Source: Verrucomicrobiaceae bacterium (GTDB lineage: Bacteria > Verrucomicrobiota > Verrucomicrobiia > Verrucomicrobiales > Akkermansiaceae). From it: a stretch of 57,782 nucleotides of DNA. Both the position numbers and the translations under genes were made by a program. The notes below the pieces were generated by a model. It was not told the origin of the DNA, did not search any database, and saw only the letters and a program-made list of their open reading frames with translations. Positions 37,793-47,559 of this stretch are shown piece by piece. The stretch spans positions 1 to 57,782 of the forward strand of contig JAPOLH010000001.1 of assembly GCA_029977225.1 (NCBI GenBank). The letters run 5' to 3'. The first letter of the stretch is position 1. The number at the start of each line of letters is the position of its first letter.

Positions 37793-39153
37793 AGCCACTC
37801 AGCGCCCAAGAGATCGCGGAAGTCCTCGGCGCCGATGTCGCCGCGGGAGATTCGGCCGCGGTCGTGTGCGCGGGCGTCTCGACCGACACGCGCAAGTTGC
37901 CTGCCGGCTGTGCGTTTTTCGCGCTGCGCGGTGAGAACTTCGATGGCGACGCCTTTGCGGCCGATGCCTTAGCTGCCGGCGCGGCGCTCGTCGTTGTGCA
38001 GCGATGGAGTGGCGATTGCCCCGCAGGTGCAGCGGTGATCGTGGTGCCCGACACACTCACCGCATTGCAACGCCTCGCTTACTGGTGGCGTAGGCAGCTC
38101 GACATTCCGGTCGTTTGTATTACCGGATCGAATGGCAAGACCAGCACCAAGGATTTCACCACTGCGGTGCTCTCGCAGCGTTTCCGTGTCTCATCCACCA
38201 AGGGCAACCTCAACAATCACATTGGACTTCCACTCACCGTGCTGGCCACAACATTGGAAGATCAGGCCGCCGTTTGGGAAATTGGCATGAACCATGCGGG
38301 TGAGCTCGCGCCCTTGTGCGAAATTGCGCAGCCAAAATATGGCATCATCACCAACATCGGCACTGCGCACATCGAGCATCTCGGATCGCGCGATGCGATC
38401 GCCGAGGAAAAAGGAACACTGGCCCGCTCGCTACCCGAGGATGGCTTCCTCTTCATCCCCGCCAGTTGCGATTTTCATGATTTCCTGCGCGAAAGAACCA
38501 AGGCCGCGTTGGTATCGGTCGGCGATGGCCGCGGCATTGTCCGCGCTGAAAACCTGCGCCTCGAGCCGGACCGCAGTCATTTCACTCTCGTGATCGAGGG
38601 TGATGGTCACGCCGAAGTTTGTTTACCGGTGCCCGGTCGCCACATGGTGATAAACGCCTTGCTCGCCGCAGCTGCTGGATGGAAGCTCGGCATGCGGCCG
38701 TGTGAAATTTCGGTTGGCTTGAACGAAGTGAAAATTTCTGGCGGGCGGCTCGCGCGGCGTGTGATTGGTGGCGTGACGATCATTGACGACACCTACAATG
38801 CAAATCCCGAGTCGATGACCGCGGCGATTGAAACCCTTGCCGAAGCACCTGTACCCGATGGTGCGCGACGCATTGTGGTGCTTGGTCGCATGGGCGAGCT
38901 CGGCATTCATGGTCCTGCCGCGCACCACCAGATTGGCAAACTCGCCGCAAGCCGTGACCTTGTGGTGATTGCCGCCGGCGAAGGTGCCGAGGGCATCGCT
39001 GAAGGCGCGGGCGGCGCAAAACATTTCCCCGTACTTGCTGATGCTGCGAAATGGATCGCGGCGGAGGTCAAGCCCGGCGATGCGGTGCTCTTCAAGGGCA
39101 GCCGCTCCGCCACCATCGAACGCGTGATGAACGCGGCATTCCCACCCCACTGA
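37789..39153 (+). CDS. murF: MurF ligase
   Basis: ITGSNGKTSTK, GNLNNHIGLP, EIGMNH, DTYNANP and FKGSR. Confidence 0.96.
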   Translation: MKPLSAQEIAEVLGADVAAGDSAAVVCAGVSTDTRKLPAGCAFFALRGENFDGDAFAADALAAGAALVVVQRWSGDCPAGAAVIVVPDTLTALQRLAYWWRRQLDIPVVCITGSNGKTSTKDFTTAVLSQRFRVSSTKGNLNNHIGLPLTVLATTLEDQAAVWEIGMNHAGELAPLCEIAQPKYGIITNIGTAHIEHLGSRDAIAEEKGTLARSLPEDGFLFIPASCDFHDFLRERTKAALVSVGDGRGIVRAENLRLEPDRSHFTLVIEGDGHAEVCLPVPGRHMVINALLAAAAGWKLGMRPCEISVGLNEVKISGGRLARRVIGGVTIIDDTYNANPESMTAAIETLAEAPVPDGARRIVVLGRMGELGIHGPAAHHQIGKLAASRDLVVIAAGEGAEGIAEGAGGAKHFPVLADAAKWIAAEVKPGDAVLFKGSRSATIERVMNAAFPPH

Positions 39154-40370
39154 TGTTACCCGCGATATACGATTTTTGGTTTCAGGCCTTCGAGGCTGAA
39201 AAAGCAGCTGGCCAGCAGGGTTGGGCTCATGCGTTTTCATTTCTCAACCTCTTTCAATACATCACCTTCCGCGCGGCAGGTGCTGGTATTCTTGCCTTCC
39301 TGCTCTCGCTGATCTTCGGGCCGCGCGTGATTCGCCGCCTCATTTCGATGAAGTTGGGTCAACCGCTGCGCACGGCGGAAGAAGTCCACAAGCTCGCAGA
39401 ACTCCACGGTGGCAAGCTTGGCACGCCAACGATGGGCGGAGTACTGATTCTTGGCTCGGTGATCATTGCGACACTGATCTGCGCGCGTCCGCTTAACCCA
39501 TTCGTGGCGGTGTGTGCGTGCACAATGGCGGCATGTGGATTGCTTGGTTTTTGCGATGATTACAAAAAGGTCCGCGAGAAAAAATCCGACGGCCTGAGCA
39601 GTCGCACGAAATTGTTTTGGCAACTTGTGATCGCATTGGTGGCGGCCTTGTTCATTTATTACAAACCTGAGATCTCGGGCCATGGTGTCGATGCCTCGCG
39701 TCTCGCTCACAACGAGGCTGGCTTCATGCTTGGCAGCGGCAAGCCGATCGGCATCGATGCGATTTGTTTCCCGCTTTTCAAAACGCCGCTGCTCGAGCTT
39801 GGCTTGTTCATCATTCCTTTTTTCGTGTGGATCATCATCGGGTGTTCAAATGCGGTGAACCTCACCGACGGCCTCGACGGCCTTGCCACCGGTTGCACGA
39901 TCAGCACCGCTCTGGCCTACGCGTTGCTCGCGTATCTTGCTGGCCACTATTTCATGGCGGTCGAATATCTTGTCATTCCGCATAACCTATACATCGGCGA
40001 GCTTTCAGTATTCCTGATGGCATTGGCCGGTGCGGGTTTCGGTTTCCTTTGGTTCAACTGCCATCCAGCGAAAGTTTTCATGGGCGACACCGGATCACTC
40101 GCGATCGGCGGCGCGCTTGGCACGGCGGCGATCTGCACGAAGCAGGAGCTTTTGCTGGTCATCATCGGCGGCGTATTCGTGATGGAGGCGATGTCGGTGA
40201 TCCTGCAGGTCGGCAGCTTCAAACTTCGCAAGAAGCGCATCTTCAAAATGTCGCCCATCCACCATCACTTCGAACTGCTCGGCTGGCATGAGAGCCAAGT
40301 GATCATCCGCTTCTGGATTCTGTCGATCATGCTCGCGTTGTTCGGTCTCGCTATTTTGAAAATCGTCTAA
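39153..40370 (+). CDS. mraY: MraY translocase
   Basis: GTPTMGG, DDY, NAVNLTDGLDGL, FMGDTGS and PIHHHFE. Confidence 0.97.
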   Translation: MLPAIYDFWFQAFEAEKAAGQQGWAHAFSFLNLFQYITFRAAGAGILAFLLSLIFGPRVIRRLISMKLGQPLRTAEEVHKLAELHGGKLGTPTMGGVLILGSVIIATLICARPLNPFVAVCACTMAACGLLGFCDDYKKVREKKSDGLSSRTKLFWQLVIALVAALFIYYKPEISGHGVDASRLAHNEAGFMLGSGKPIGIDAICFPLFKTPLLELGLFIIPFFVWIIIGCSNAVNLTDGLDGLATGCTISTALAYALLAYLAGHYFMAVEYLVIPHNLYIGELSVFLMALAGAGFGFLWFNCHPAKVFMGDTGSLAIGGALGTAAICTKQELLLVIIGGVFVMEAMSVILQVGSFKLRKKRIFKMSPIHHHFELLGWHESQVIIRFWILSIMLALFGLAILKIV

Positions 40371-40375
40371 TCTCC

Positions 40376-41686
40376 ATGACGCTTGCTGGAAAACATGTTG
40401 CCATTTTGGGTGCGGGTCGCAGTGGTCGGGCCGCCGCCTCGCTTGCGTTGCGCGAAGGTGCGGAGGTTTCGATTTGGGATGCCGCCGCTGAGGAAGCTTT
40501 TGCAGGCATGCCCGAAGGGGTTGAGCTTCACCCCCACGCGAACGAGGAAACCGGGTGCGGCGTGCATTGCGATTTGTTGGTCGTGAGCCCCGGCATCGAC
40601 ACCTACGGGCCTTATGTCGCCGCGTTTGCAAAGCACGCGGGCGAGGTCATCGGCGAAGTGGAACTGGCATCGCGATATTACGATGGAAAAATTGTCGGCA
40701 TCACCGGCACGAACGGCAAGACCACGACCACCGGCATTGTGGGACGCATTCTCGAACACGCCGGTCTTGGCGGCACGCCATGCGGAAATTTCGGCACCCC
40801 CTTCGCCGAGGTGGTCTTGCAATCGCATCCGCCCGCCGCTGTCGCGCTCGAGCTGAGTTCATTCCAACTCGAAACCATTCGCACGCTGCGACCGGATGTT
40901 GCGGTGTGGCTCAACTTCGCGCCGGACCACATGGATCGCTACCCGACGGTGCAGGCGTATCGGGAGGCGAAGCTGCGCATTTTTCAAAACCTCATGCCCG
41001 ACGACGTCGCGGTGATTCCCTTTGGTGACGAACTTCCCGCGCCGACGAGCAAGCCGATCACTTTTTCCACAAGCGACCCTGCGGCGGATTGGTTTTCCGA
41101 CGGCGTTCTGATTTTCCATCAAGGCGAAGTTTGCGCCGATCTCAATCGCGACAGTTTCTTGCGCGGTCTTCACAATGCGGAAAATGCAATGGCCGCGATG
41201 GCCGCCTGCCATGCATTGGGTGTGCCGATCGATGTGATGCGCGAGGCGCTGCACGGTTACAACCCGCCGCCGCACCGCTGCGAATTCATTCGCACGCTCG
41301 ATGGTGTCGAATACCTCAACGATTCGAAAGCTACCAACCTACATGCGCTCGAAAGCGCGTTGCGCTCGCAGGTTCGACCCGTGGTTCTGATCGCCGGTGG
41401 CAAGGACAAGGGCCTCGACTACTCGCCAGTGCTGCCATTGCTGGGCAAAAAGGCGCTTGCGAGCGTGACCTTCGGTCAAATCGCTCGCCCACTGGCCGAA
41501 CTTTTCGCGCTAGCGGTTCAAAGCGAGGCAGTTTCAACACTGGCCGATGCGGTGAATGTCGCACGCAGTCTCGCACCCCAAGGTTCCACGATTCTGCTCT
41601 CGCCAGGCACCTCGTCTTTTGATCAATTTTCCGGCTATGAACAACGCGGTGACGCGTTCAGAGATCTCGTCCATCAACTCAACTGA
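40376..41686 (+). CDS. murD: MurD ligase
   Basis: GAGRSG, VSPGI, GTNGKTTT, ELSSFQL, NDSKATN and SFDQF..YEQRG. Confidence 0.96.
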   Translation: MTLAGKHVAILGAGRSGRAAASLALREGAEVSIWDAAAEEAFAGMPEGVELHPHANEETGCGVHCDLLVVSPGIDTYGPYVAAFAKHAGEVIGEVELASRYYDGKIVGITGTNGKTTTTGIVGRILEHAGLGGTPCGNFGTPFAEVVLQSHPPAAVALELSSFQLETIRTLRPDVAVWLNFAPDHMDRYPTVQAYREAKLRIFQNLMPDDVAVIPFGDELPAPTSKPITFSTSDPAADWFSDGVLIFHQGEVCADLNRDSFLRGLHNAENAMAAMAACHALGVPIDVMREALHGYNPPPHRCEFIRTLDGVEYLNDSKATNLHALESALRSQVRPVVLIAGGKDKGLDYSPVLPLLGKKALASVTFGQIARPLAELFALAVQSEAVSTLADAVNVARSLAPQGSTILLSPGTSSFDQFSGYEQRGDAFRDLVHQLN

Positions 41687-41693
41687 TAATCAT

Positions 41694-42539
41694 ATGAAAT
41701 TCCAAACACTACCCGTCAGACGCCGCCCGGTCTCCAAAGGGATTTTCCACCGCCTTAGCGCCGTCACCCGCAAACGACAGCGCGTTTCCGCCAGTGCAAC
41801 GATGGCCGGGATGGACATGGATGATGGAGGCGCCAAAATTTCACGCAACCTGATGATCATCTTCATGATCCACATCGTTGCGATCGCGTTGATCTTCATC
41901 CACCAGCGTTTCCTCGAAGATCGCCCTCAGGAAGGCAATCGTTCTGTTTCGCGTGATGTTGCCGCGCCCGTTGCGGTCGCAAAGCCCGCCGCGGTTGCGG
42001 TACCTAGTACGCTTGTGGAGCCGGAAGTTGCCCTCGTTGAAAAAAGCAACAAAACCCACATCACCAAAGACGGCGAAACATACGCCACGATTGCGGCATC
42101 TCTTGGAGTTGCTGAGGGGGATCTGCGCCAGCTCAACCAAAACATCACCATGCGCAAGGGTCTGATTCTGCAAGTGCCGGCGATCAATGCTGCGGCGATC
42201 GCCGTGCCTGCAGTGACCGTGGATCCGTCCCTAGCCGCACCTACCGATGCCCCGGCCGCACCAACTTCGCATGCCGCCACCGATGACGGGATGGTCGAGG
42301 CTGTGCCGGTCGATGTGAGCCTTGCCCCCAAGGCAAAGACAGTTGTCGAAAGCAATCTGGCCCCAGCTGCCACCGATGAAAAGATCAAGTCCTCAGGCAA
42401 AACCCACTTGGTCAAGAGGGGTGACACGATTGTGAGAATCGCCAAGCAATACAAGGTCACGCAAGAAGCGTTGATGAGCGCTAATTCCATCACCGATCCC
42501 ACGAAGCTCAAAGCGGGTGCAAACCTGGTGATCCCTTAA
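41694..42539 (+). CDS. Membrane-anchored protein with two LysM domains
   Basis: One TM; LysM domains THITKDGETYATIA and THLVKRGDTIVRIAKQY; Ala/Pro linkers. Confidence 0.85.
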   Translation: MKFQTLPVRRRPVSKGIFHRLSAVTRKRQRVSASATMAGMDMDDGGAKISRNLMIIFMIHIVAIALIFIHQRFLEDRPQEGNRSVSRDVAAPVAVAKPAAVAVPSTLVEPEVALVEKSNKTHITKDGETYATIAASLGVAEGDLRQLNQNITMRKGLILQVPAINAAAIAVPAVTVDPSLAAPTDAPAAPTSHAATDDGMVEAVPVDVSLAPKAKTVVESNLAPAATDEKIKSSGKTHLVKRGDTIVRIAKQYKVTQEALMSANSITDPTKLKAGANLVIP

Positions 42540-42560
42540 TTTTGTCTCACTGATTTTCTC

Positions 42561-43709
42561 ATGGTTCGCCACTGCTCCACTATTCTTTGCGCTGCGGTCG
42601 CCGCCTTGGTCGCCCTTGGGCTGATCATGTTGGCGAGTACCAGCGCTTGGGTGAAAGGATCGGAGGCCCCGTATTATTTCCTGACGCGCCAAGCCATGAT
42701 GGTTGGGGTTGGTTTGGTGTTTGCGTTGGTTGCGGCGAAAATCCCGTTGGATATTTTTCGCAAGATGGCGCCCCTGATGTTCGTCGTGATTTGCATTCTA
42801 TTGGCGCTTTGTTTCGCGCCTGGCATCGGTATTTCGATTTACGGATCCAACCGTTGGATCGGAGTTGGCGGCTTTTCGTTCCAGCCTTCCGAATTTGCGC
42901 GGATGGTGGTGGTGGTTTGCCTCGCCGCTTGGTTCGCGCGTTGGCAGTCGGAAGTTAAAACGTTCTTTCGCGGGTTCATCATTCCGGGGGTGATTGCGGG
43001 CATTCCGATTCTGCTCATTGCAGCTGAAACGGATGTGGGTACCGCGCTTTCGCTTTCCGTGGCGGTGGGTGCTATCATGTTCTGCGTTGGCACACGCCTT
43101 CGGTTCATTGTGCCGACTGCACTCATAGCGATATCCGGCGCCTTCTTTTATTTGCGCAACAACGAAAACCGTTGGGGCCGCATCGAGGCATGGCTCAATT
43201 TGGAAAATCCAATCCATCAACTGGATCGTGGCATGCAGCAGTGGCGCGCGCTTCTCGCCCTTGGCAATGGTGGTCCTTGGGGCGTGGGCCTTGGCAATGG
43301 AGTGGAAAAGTTCGGCACGCTCACATTTGCGCACATCGATTTCATTTTCCCGGTTATTGGCGAAGAACTTGGCCTCATTGCCACGCTAGCGGTCGTGTTT
43401 TTGTATGTCCTGATCGCCGTAGCCGGCTGCGGCATTGCCCTTCAGGCGTCCAACATGTTCAGCCGCTGCGTTGCCCTTGGCCTGACCTGTGTGATCGTGG
43501 TGCCGGCTATGGTGAATATCGGCGTGACCACCGCACTTCTTCCAAACGACGGTCTGCCGCTGCCTTTCGTCAGTTATGGTGGCACCAGCTTGGTCTTCAG
43601 CCTTTCGGCTATCGGCGTTCTTGTTGGCATCGACCGCCGCTCGCAGGTCGGGGTGGTGACTAAGGAATTTCCACTGAACCGCCAAACTCGCCTAGCGGTG
43701 CGTTTGTGA
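42561..43709 (+). CDS. ftsW: SEDS polymerase FtsW
   Basis: GSNRWI, FQPSEF, HIDFIFPVIGEELG and LPFVSYGG. Confidence 0.92.
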   Translation: MVRHCSTILCAAVAALVALGLIMLASTSAWVKGSEAPYYFLTRQAMMVGVGLVFALVAAKIPLDIFRKMAPLMFVVICILLALCFAPGIGISIYGSNRWIGVGGFSFQPSEFARMVVVVCLAAWFARWQSEVKTFFRGFIIPGVIAGIPILLIAAETDVGTALSLSVAVGAIMFCVGTRLRFIVPTALIAISGAFFYLRNNENRWGRIEAWLNLENPIHQLDRGMQQWRALLALGNGGPWGVGLGNGVEKFGTLTFAHIDFIFPVIGEELGLIATLAVVFLYVLIAVAGCGIALQASNMFSRCVALGLTCVIVVPAMVNIGVTTALLPNDGLPLPFVSYGGTSLVFSLSAIGVLVGIDRRSQVGVVTKEFPLNRQTRLAVRL

Positions 43710-43724
43710 GTTTGTCGTGATGAA

Positions 43725-44528
43725 TTATTCGATGCGCCAGCGATCCTGCGTTGGCCCGAGCGCGCAGGCTTGCGGACCTTCGATGATCTTGCCGCGACTT
43801 AGCATTCCCTTATGCCATTCGACCCATTGGGCTCGTCCAGGGGCCATGAAGGTACCGGTATTGATGATGAGTTTATCGCGATGTTGCCAGCAGCCGCGTT
43901 GATGGAAATGGCCCGTCACCAGAACTTCGGCCTTGGGAAAATAATTTTTCAGAAATTCTGCACCGTGACGACCTTGATGCAGCCAGCTTGCGAGCATGTG
44001 CAGGGCGCGGGTTGGGGGAATGGCGGCATCCCATGCGCGTTGAATCAAGTGCCGCCCGGCTGAATGCTCGATCGAGCAGAGCACGCGTGCGATGCGGCGT
44101 GCGAGCTCGTGGCGTTGTGTGGGATCGCGCGAGGCATTGGGAAATTCGCGCCATATCTCGAGAATTTTTTCACGGTTACCGAGAATCTCGCGTTTCCATG
44201 GTGAGCCGTCGAAGAGCAGGCTGTCGCCGTGGCTCACCACGATACGGCCATTTGCCAATTCCACCCAACCCTTGCCCGGCCATGATGGGTCATGATTGCC
44301 CGGCAGAAAAATCGCATCGACCGCCTCTTCCGCGCAGAGCCACTGGAGTTCATCAAGCATTTCGCGTGAGTGGTGGCGAAATGGCGCGGCGAGCTCCTGC
44401 CAAGTGTCGCCATTAAAAATCACCGTGCCGGCACCGGCGATGAGCGGTCGGAGTGCGGAAACCCGACGGATTCGCGAAACCTTATGACCGAGGTGAAGGT
44501 CGGACAGGATACGAACGGGCTCGTTCAT
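43725..44528 (-). CDS. Metallophosphoesterase (LpxH-like fold)
   Basis: SDLHLGH, NGD, GNHD, SHGD, GHFH and INTG. Confidence 0.85.
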   Translation of the reverse strand: MNEPVRILSDLHLGHKVSRIRRVSALRPLIAGAGTVIFNGDTWQELAAPFRHHSREMLDELQWLCAEEAVDAIFLPGNHDPSWPGKGWVELANGRIVVSHGDSLLFDGSPWKREILGNREKILEIWREFPNASRDPTQRHELARRIARVLCSIEHSAGRHLIQRAWDAAIPPTRALHMLASWLHQGRHGAEFLKNYFPKAEVLVTGHFHQRGCWQHRDKLIINTGTFMAPGRAQWVEWHKGMLSRGKIIEGPQACALGPTQDRWRIE

Positions 44529-45136
44529 GATGGTGCGTTGGCGCGCTGTCGCACCGCCTCAAACAGGCAGACACCAGTGGCCACCGAGACATTGAGGCAC
44601 TCTACTTTGCCGGCCATCGGGATCGATGCGAGGAAATCGCAATTTTCTTCAGTAAGTCGACGCATGCCTTTTTCCTCTGCACCCATCACCAGTGCGAGCG
44701 GACCTTTGAGATCGAGATCGTAGATCGACTTTGATTTTGCATGATCGGATGTGCCGACGAGCCAGAGTCCGGCGGCTTTGAGTTTCTCCATCGTGCGGGC
44801 AAGGTTGGTGACTTGCGCAAATGGCACATGATCGGCGGCGCCGACCGAAATGCGGCGCACGGTTTCGGTGATGCCAACAGCTTTGTCCTTGGGGGCGACC
44901 ACCGCATGCACTCCGGCGGCGTCGGCCGTGCGGAGGATTGCGCCCAGATTGTGCGGGTCTTGCACGCAATCGAGGATCAGCACGAATGGCACATCGTGCT
45001 CCGCGATCAGCGCCATCAGCTCGTCCTCATCGAGAGCGGGCATGGTCTTCTCGGGTTTTTCCACATCGCGGACATGACGGTTTTCGCGTGCTTGTCTGCC
45101 GTGCTCGCGGCGGGAGCCAGAGAATCGATCTTTCAC
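44525..45136 (-). CDS. rlmB: TrmH/SpoU-family 23S rRNA Gm2251 methyltransferase, short form
   Basis: [26 protein letters not shown] and [17 protein letters not shown]. Start uncertain. Confidence 0.8.
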   Translation of the reverse strand: MKDRFSGSRREHGRQARENRHVRDVEKPEKTMPALDEDELMALIAEHDVPFVLILDCVQDPHNLGAILRTADAAGVHAVVAPKDKAVGITETVRRISVGAADHVPFAQVTNLARTMEKLKAAGLWLVGTSDHAKSKSIYDLDLKGPLALVMGAEEKGMRRLTEENCDFLASIPMAGKVECLNVSVATGVCLFEAVRQRANAPS

Positions 45137-45228
45137 GGGCGGGAAAATGACCTCGGGGCCGCGGTAAAGTCGAGCGCTTTGAGGTGTCTGCCGGCATGGC
45201 GAATCATTTCCCTTGCTCCGCCCTAAAT

Positions 45229-45246
45229 TTTCAGAAATAATTGAAA
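45229..45246. promoter_or_regulatory. Palindromic operator 1 of the GbsR-type regulator
   Basis: TTTCAGAAATAATTGAAA immediately before the regulator's ATG. Confidence 0.65.
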
Positions 45247-45249
45247 ACA

Positions 45250-45774
45250 ATGAAAGTCAAAGCCGATGACCGCCTCGAGCAAGCGCGTGAGGAATTCATT
45301 GCCCAGTGGGGAGCGATGGGCACGCAGTGGGGGATCAACCGCACGATGGCGCAAATTCATGCCTTGTTGATGACGGCAGCCGAACCGATGTCGACCGACG
45401 AGGTGATGGAGGCTTTGGAGATCAGCCGTGGCAACGCACATGCGAACCTCAAGGAATTGGTCGCTTGGGGTTTGTTGCGGGTGGTGGTGAAGAAGGGCGA
45501 GCGGCGTGAGTATTTTGAGGCGGAGAAGGATGTGTGGCGGATTTTCACGGTAGTCGCGCGGGAGCGCAAGCGACGAGAGATCGACCCCGCGTTGGAAGTG
45601 GTACGCAAGTGCGCCGAGGAGAGTCGCGGGATCACGACGCCGGAGGGGCGAGCTTTTCACGAGCAGATGAGGCAGCTTGAGGAGTTCGTCGAGTTTGCCT
45701 CGAAGATGGCCGACCGGGTGGCGATGATGAAGCATGGGTTTGCGATCCAGATGGCGGCGAAATTGCTGGGATGA
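45250..45774 (+). CDS. GbsR/MarR-family transcriptional regulator
   Basis: [31 protein letters not shown] and GERREYF. Confidence 0.9.
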   Translation: MKVKADDRLEQAREEFIAQWGAMGTQWGINRTMAQIHALLMTAAEPMSTDEVMEALEISRGNAHANLKELVAWGLLRVVVKKGERREYFEAEKDVWRIFTVVARERKRREIDPALEVVRKCAEESRGITTPEGRAFHEQMRQLEEFVEFASKMADRVAMMKHGFAIQMAAKLLG

Positions 45775-45800
45775 ATTGGCATAGCGCCAGAAAGTAGATT

Positions 45801-45818
45801 TTTCAGAAATTTTTGAAA
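45801..45818. promoter_or_regulatory. Palindromic operator 2
   Basis: TTTCAGAAATTTTTGAAA, 16/18 identical to operator 1, upstream of the next gene. Confidence 0.65.
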
Positions 45819-45849
45819 TTCAGATCCTGAAATCAAACAGACAAATTTT

Positions 45850-46662
45850 ATGAATCCGGTGATTGTGGTGATGGGTGCGGAGGGTGTTCTGGGGCGCTAT
45901 GCGTGCCGGCATTTTTCGCGGCTTGGTTGGGAGGTGGTGGCGGTGGGTCATCGGCGCGAAGGCCTTGCGCGCGATGATGGGGACGGTATGTATTTAGAGT
46001 GGGATGGCAAAAATGTTGGTGCATGGGCGATGGCCTTGGAGGGTGCGGAGGCGGTGGTGAATCTGGCTGATTGTGAAGATCCCGACGCGCGACTTGAATC
46101 GACGCGTGCCTTGGGGCGTGCGGTTGCTGGGTGCCGCGTAGCACCGCGGGTGTGGCTCAATGCCTCAACGGTCGATTGGTACGGCGAGGTTGCCGATCGC
46201 ATTCATGACGAGTGGTCGGGCGAACCCGCGGCGAGCGCAGCGAGTCGCACGGCCTTGGCTTGGGAGGATGCATTTTTTGGGGCGATGGTGCCACCGCGGA
46301 CCCGCAAGGTCGCGATGCGTCTCGGCAGGGTGTTGGTGCAAGAGGCCGAAGCTGAAAACATTTGTGGCCTCACGGCAGGTGAGGCGTGGTTGCACATGGA
46401 TGACTTCCTGCGTGCTTTAGAATTTCTGTTAGACGATGCCTTCTTCTCCGGGGTGGCCAACGTAACGGCTCCACATGGCGTTGAAGGTGAGTCACGCGTG
46501 AGGCCTTTGCGCTTGGCCGATCAAGGGTTCGTGTGGCGTTGGGCTCGGCCGGCTGAGGCTTTGGATGATTTGTCTAAAAGGCCGGGCCTCGACCGCTTCT
46601 TTGAGGCAATGCTTGTGCGTCCGGTTGAGCGGGGAAATCGGGTCCCAGTAGGCATTTTTTAG
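45850..46662 (+). CDS. NAD-dependent epimerase-like protein (TIGR01777/YfcH-like), shortened
   Basis: VVMGAEGVLG Rossmann motif, WDGK, AVVNLA, WLNAST, WE and NVTAP. Confidence 0.65.
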   Translation: MNPVIVVMGAEGVLGRYACRHFSRLGWEVVAVGHRREGLARDDGDGMYLEWDGKNVGAWAMALEGAEAVVNLADCEDPDARLESTRALGRAVAGCRVAPRVWLNASTVDWYGEVADRIHDEWSGEPAASAASRTALAWEDAFFGAMVPPRTRKVAMRLGRVLVQEAEAENICGLTAGEAWLHMDDFLRALEFLLDDAFFSGVANVTAPHGVEGESRVRPLRLADQGFVWRWARPAEALDDLSKRPGLDRFFEAMLVRPVERGNRVPVGIF

Positions 46663-46881
46663 CTCCTTGGAATGGACTTTGTGCATGCATAAACTGCCCT
46701 CAATGGCATTTTTTCGTTTTCATAAGTCGTTGAAAACCAGTTGATTTTTCGGAATTGGCCGAAATTTCGGGGATTTTCCGTTTGCGCCGCTCCTGTAGCG
46801 GGGCTAGTCCTAGGGCGCATTGGGCGATGCGTGTGAAGCGCGGGTCGGCCGAACCAGACAGCTTCACAACCATTTGAGCTC

Positions 46882-47538
46882 ATGACATTTCGATTTGCGA
46901 ACATCGGCACCTTAGCCCTGGCGATTGGCCTATTGGCCAGCTGCGGAAACTCCGACCTCTCCATCATTCCCAAGTCCAAGATCAGCGCGATTGCCTATGC
47001 CCGCGAGACCAAGCGTGAAAGTTTCCAGGTGGCGGGGCCTTCCTCGCAGTTGATGTCCGCAGCGGCACGCAAACCACGCGACAAGCATGGCATGCCGGTT
47101 TACGCGTTCAGCGAGCGTCAACGCATCGCTCGCACGACGGCATATACCTGCAGTGAAGACGATCACCTCATCTATGGCAGCAAGAATGCTGCCGGCACGA
47201 ACCTCCGCTACACCGACCGGGTGCGCAGCGCTGCCGCCGACTGGTCCTTTTATCCAGTGGGCACCACCTTCCGCATCAAGGGCCTGCCTCATCTTTATGT
47301 CATCGATGATTATGGCTCGGCGCTGACCGGAACCGGCACGATCGATATTTACAAGCCTAACAAAGAAACCATGAACATTTGGGGTCGCCGCAATGTGGAG
47401 GTGCAGATTGTTCAGTGGGGATCTTTTGCTCGCAGCGCGCAGATTTTGATCCAGCGCACCGGTTACGAGCATTGCCGTAAAATGTTGGCCAACATCTTGC
47501 GCCAGCAGCCGAGCCTCGCGAGCGTGGCCAAGCGCTGA
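46882..47538 (+). CDS. 3D-domain lipoprotein (MltA-like lytic transglycosylase domain)
   Basis: Lipobox LASC; RTTAY, AAADWSFYPVGT and VIDDYG..TIDIY. Confidence 0.85.
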   Translation: MTFRFANIGTLALAIGLLASCGNSDLSIIPKSKISAIAYARETKRESFQVAGPSSQLMSAAARKPRDKHGMPVYAFSERQRIARTTAYTCSEDDHLIYGSKNAAGTNLRYTDRVRSAAADWSFYPVGTTFRIKGLPHLYVIDDYGSALTGTGTIDIYKPNKETMNIWGRRNVEVQIVQWGSFARSAQILIQRTGYEHCRKMLANILRQQPSLASVAKR

Positions 47539-47559
47539 GCTTGGCTGACGCGTGCTGGG

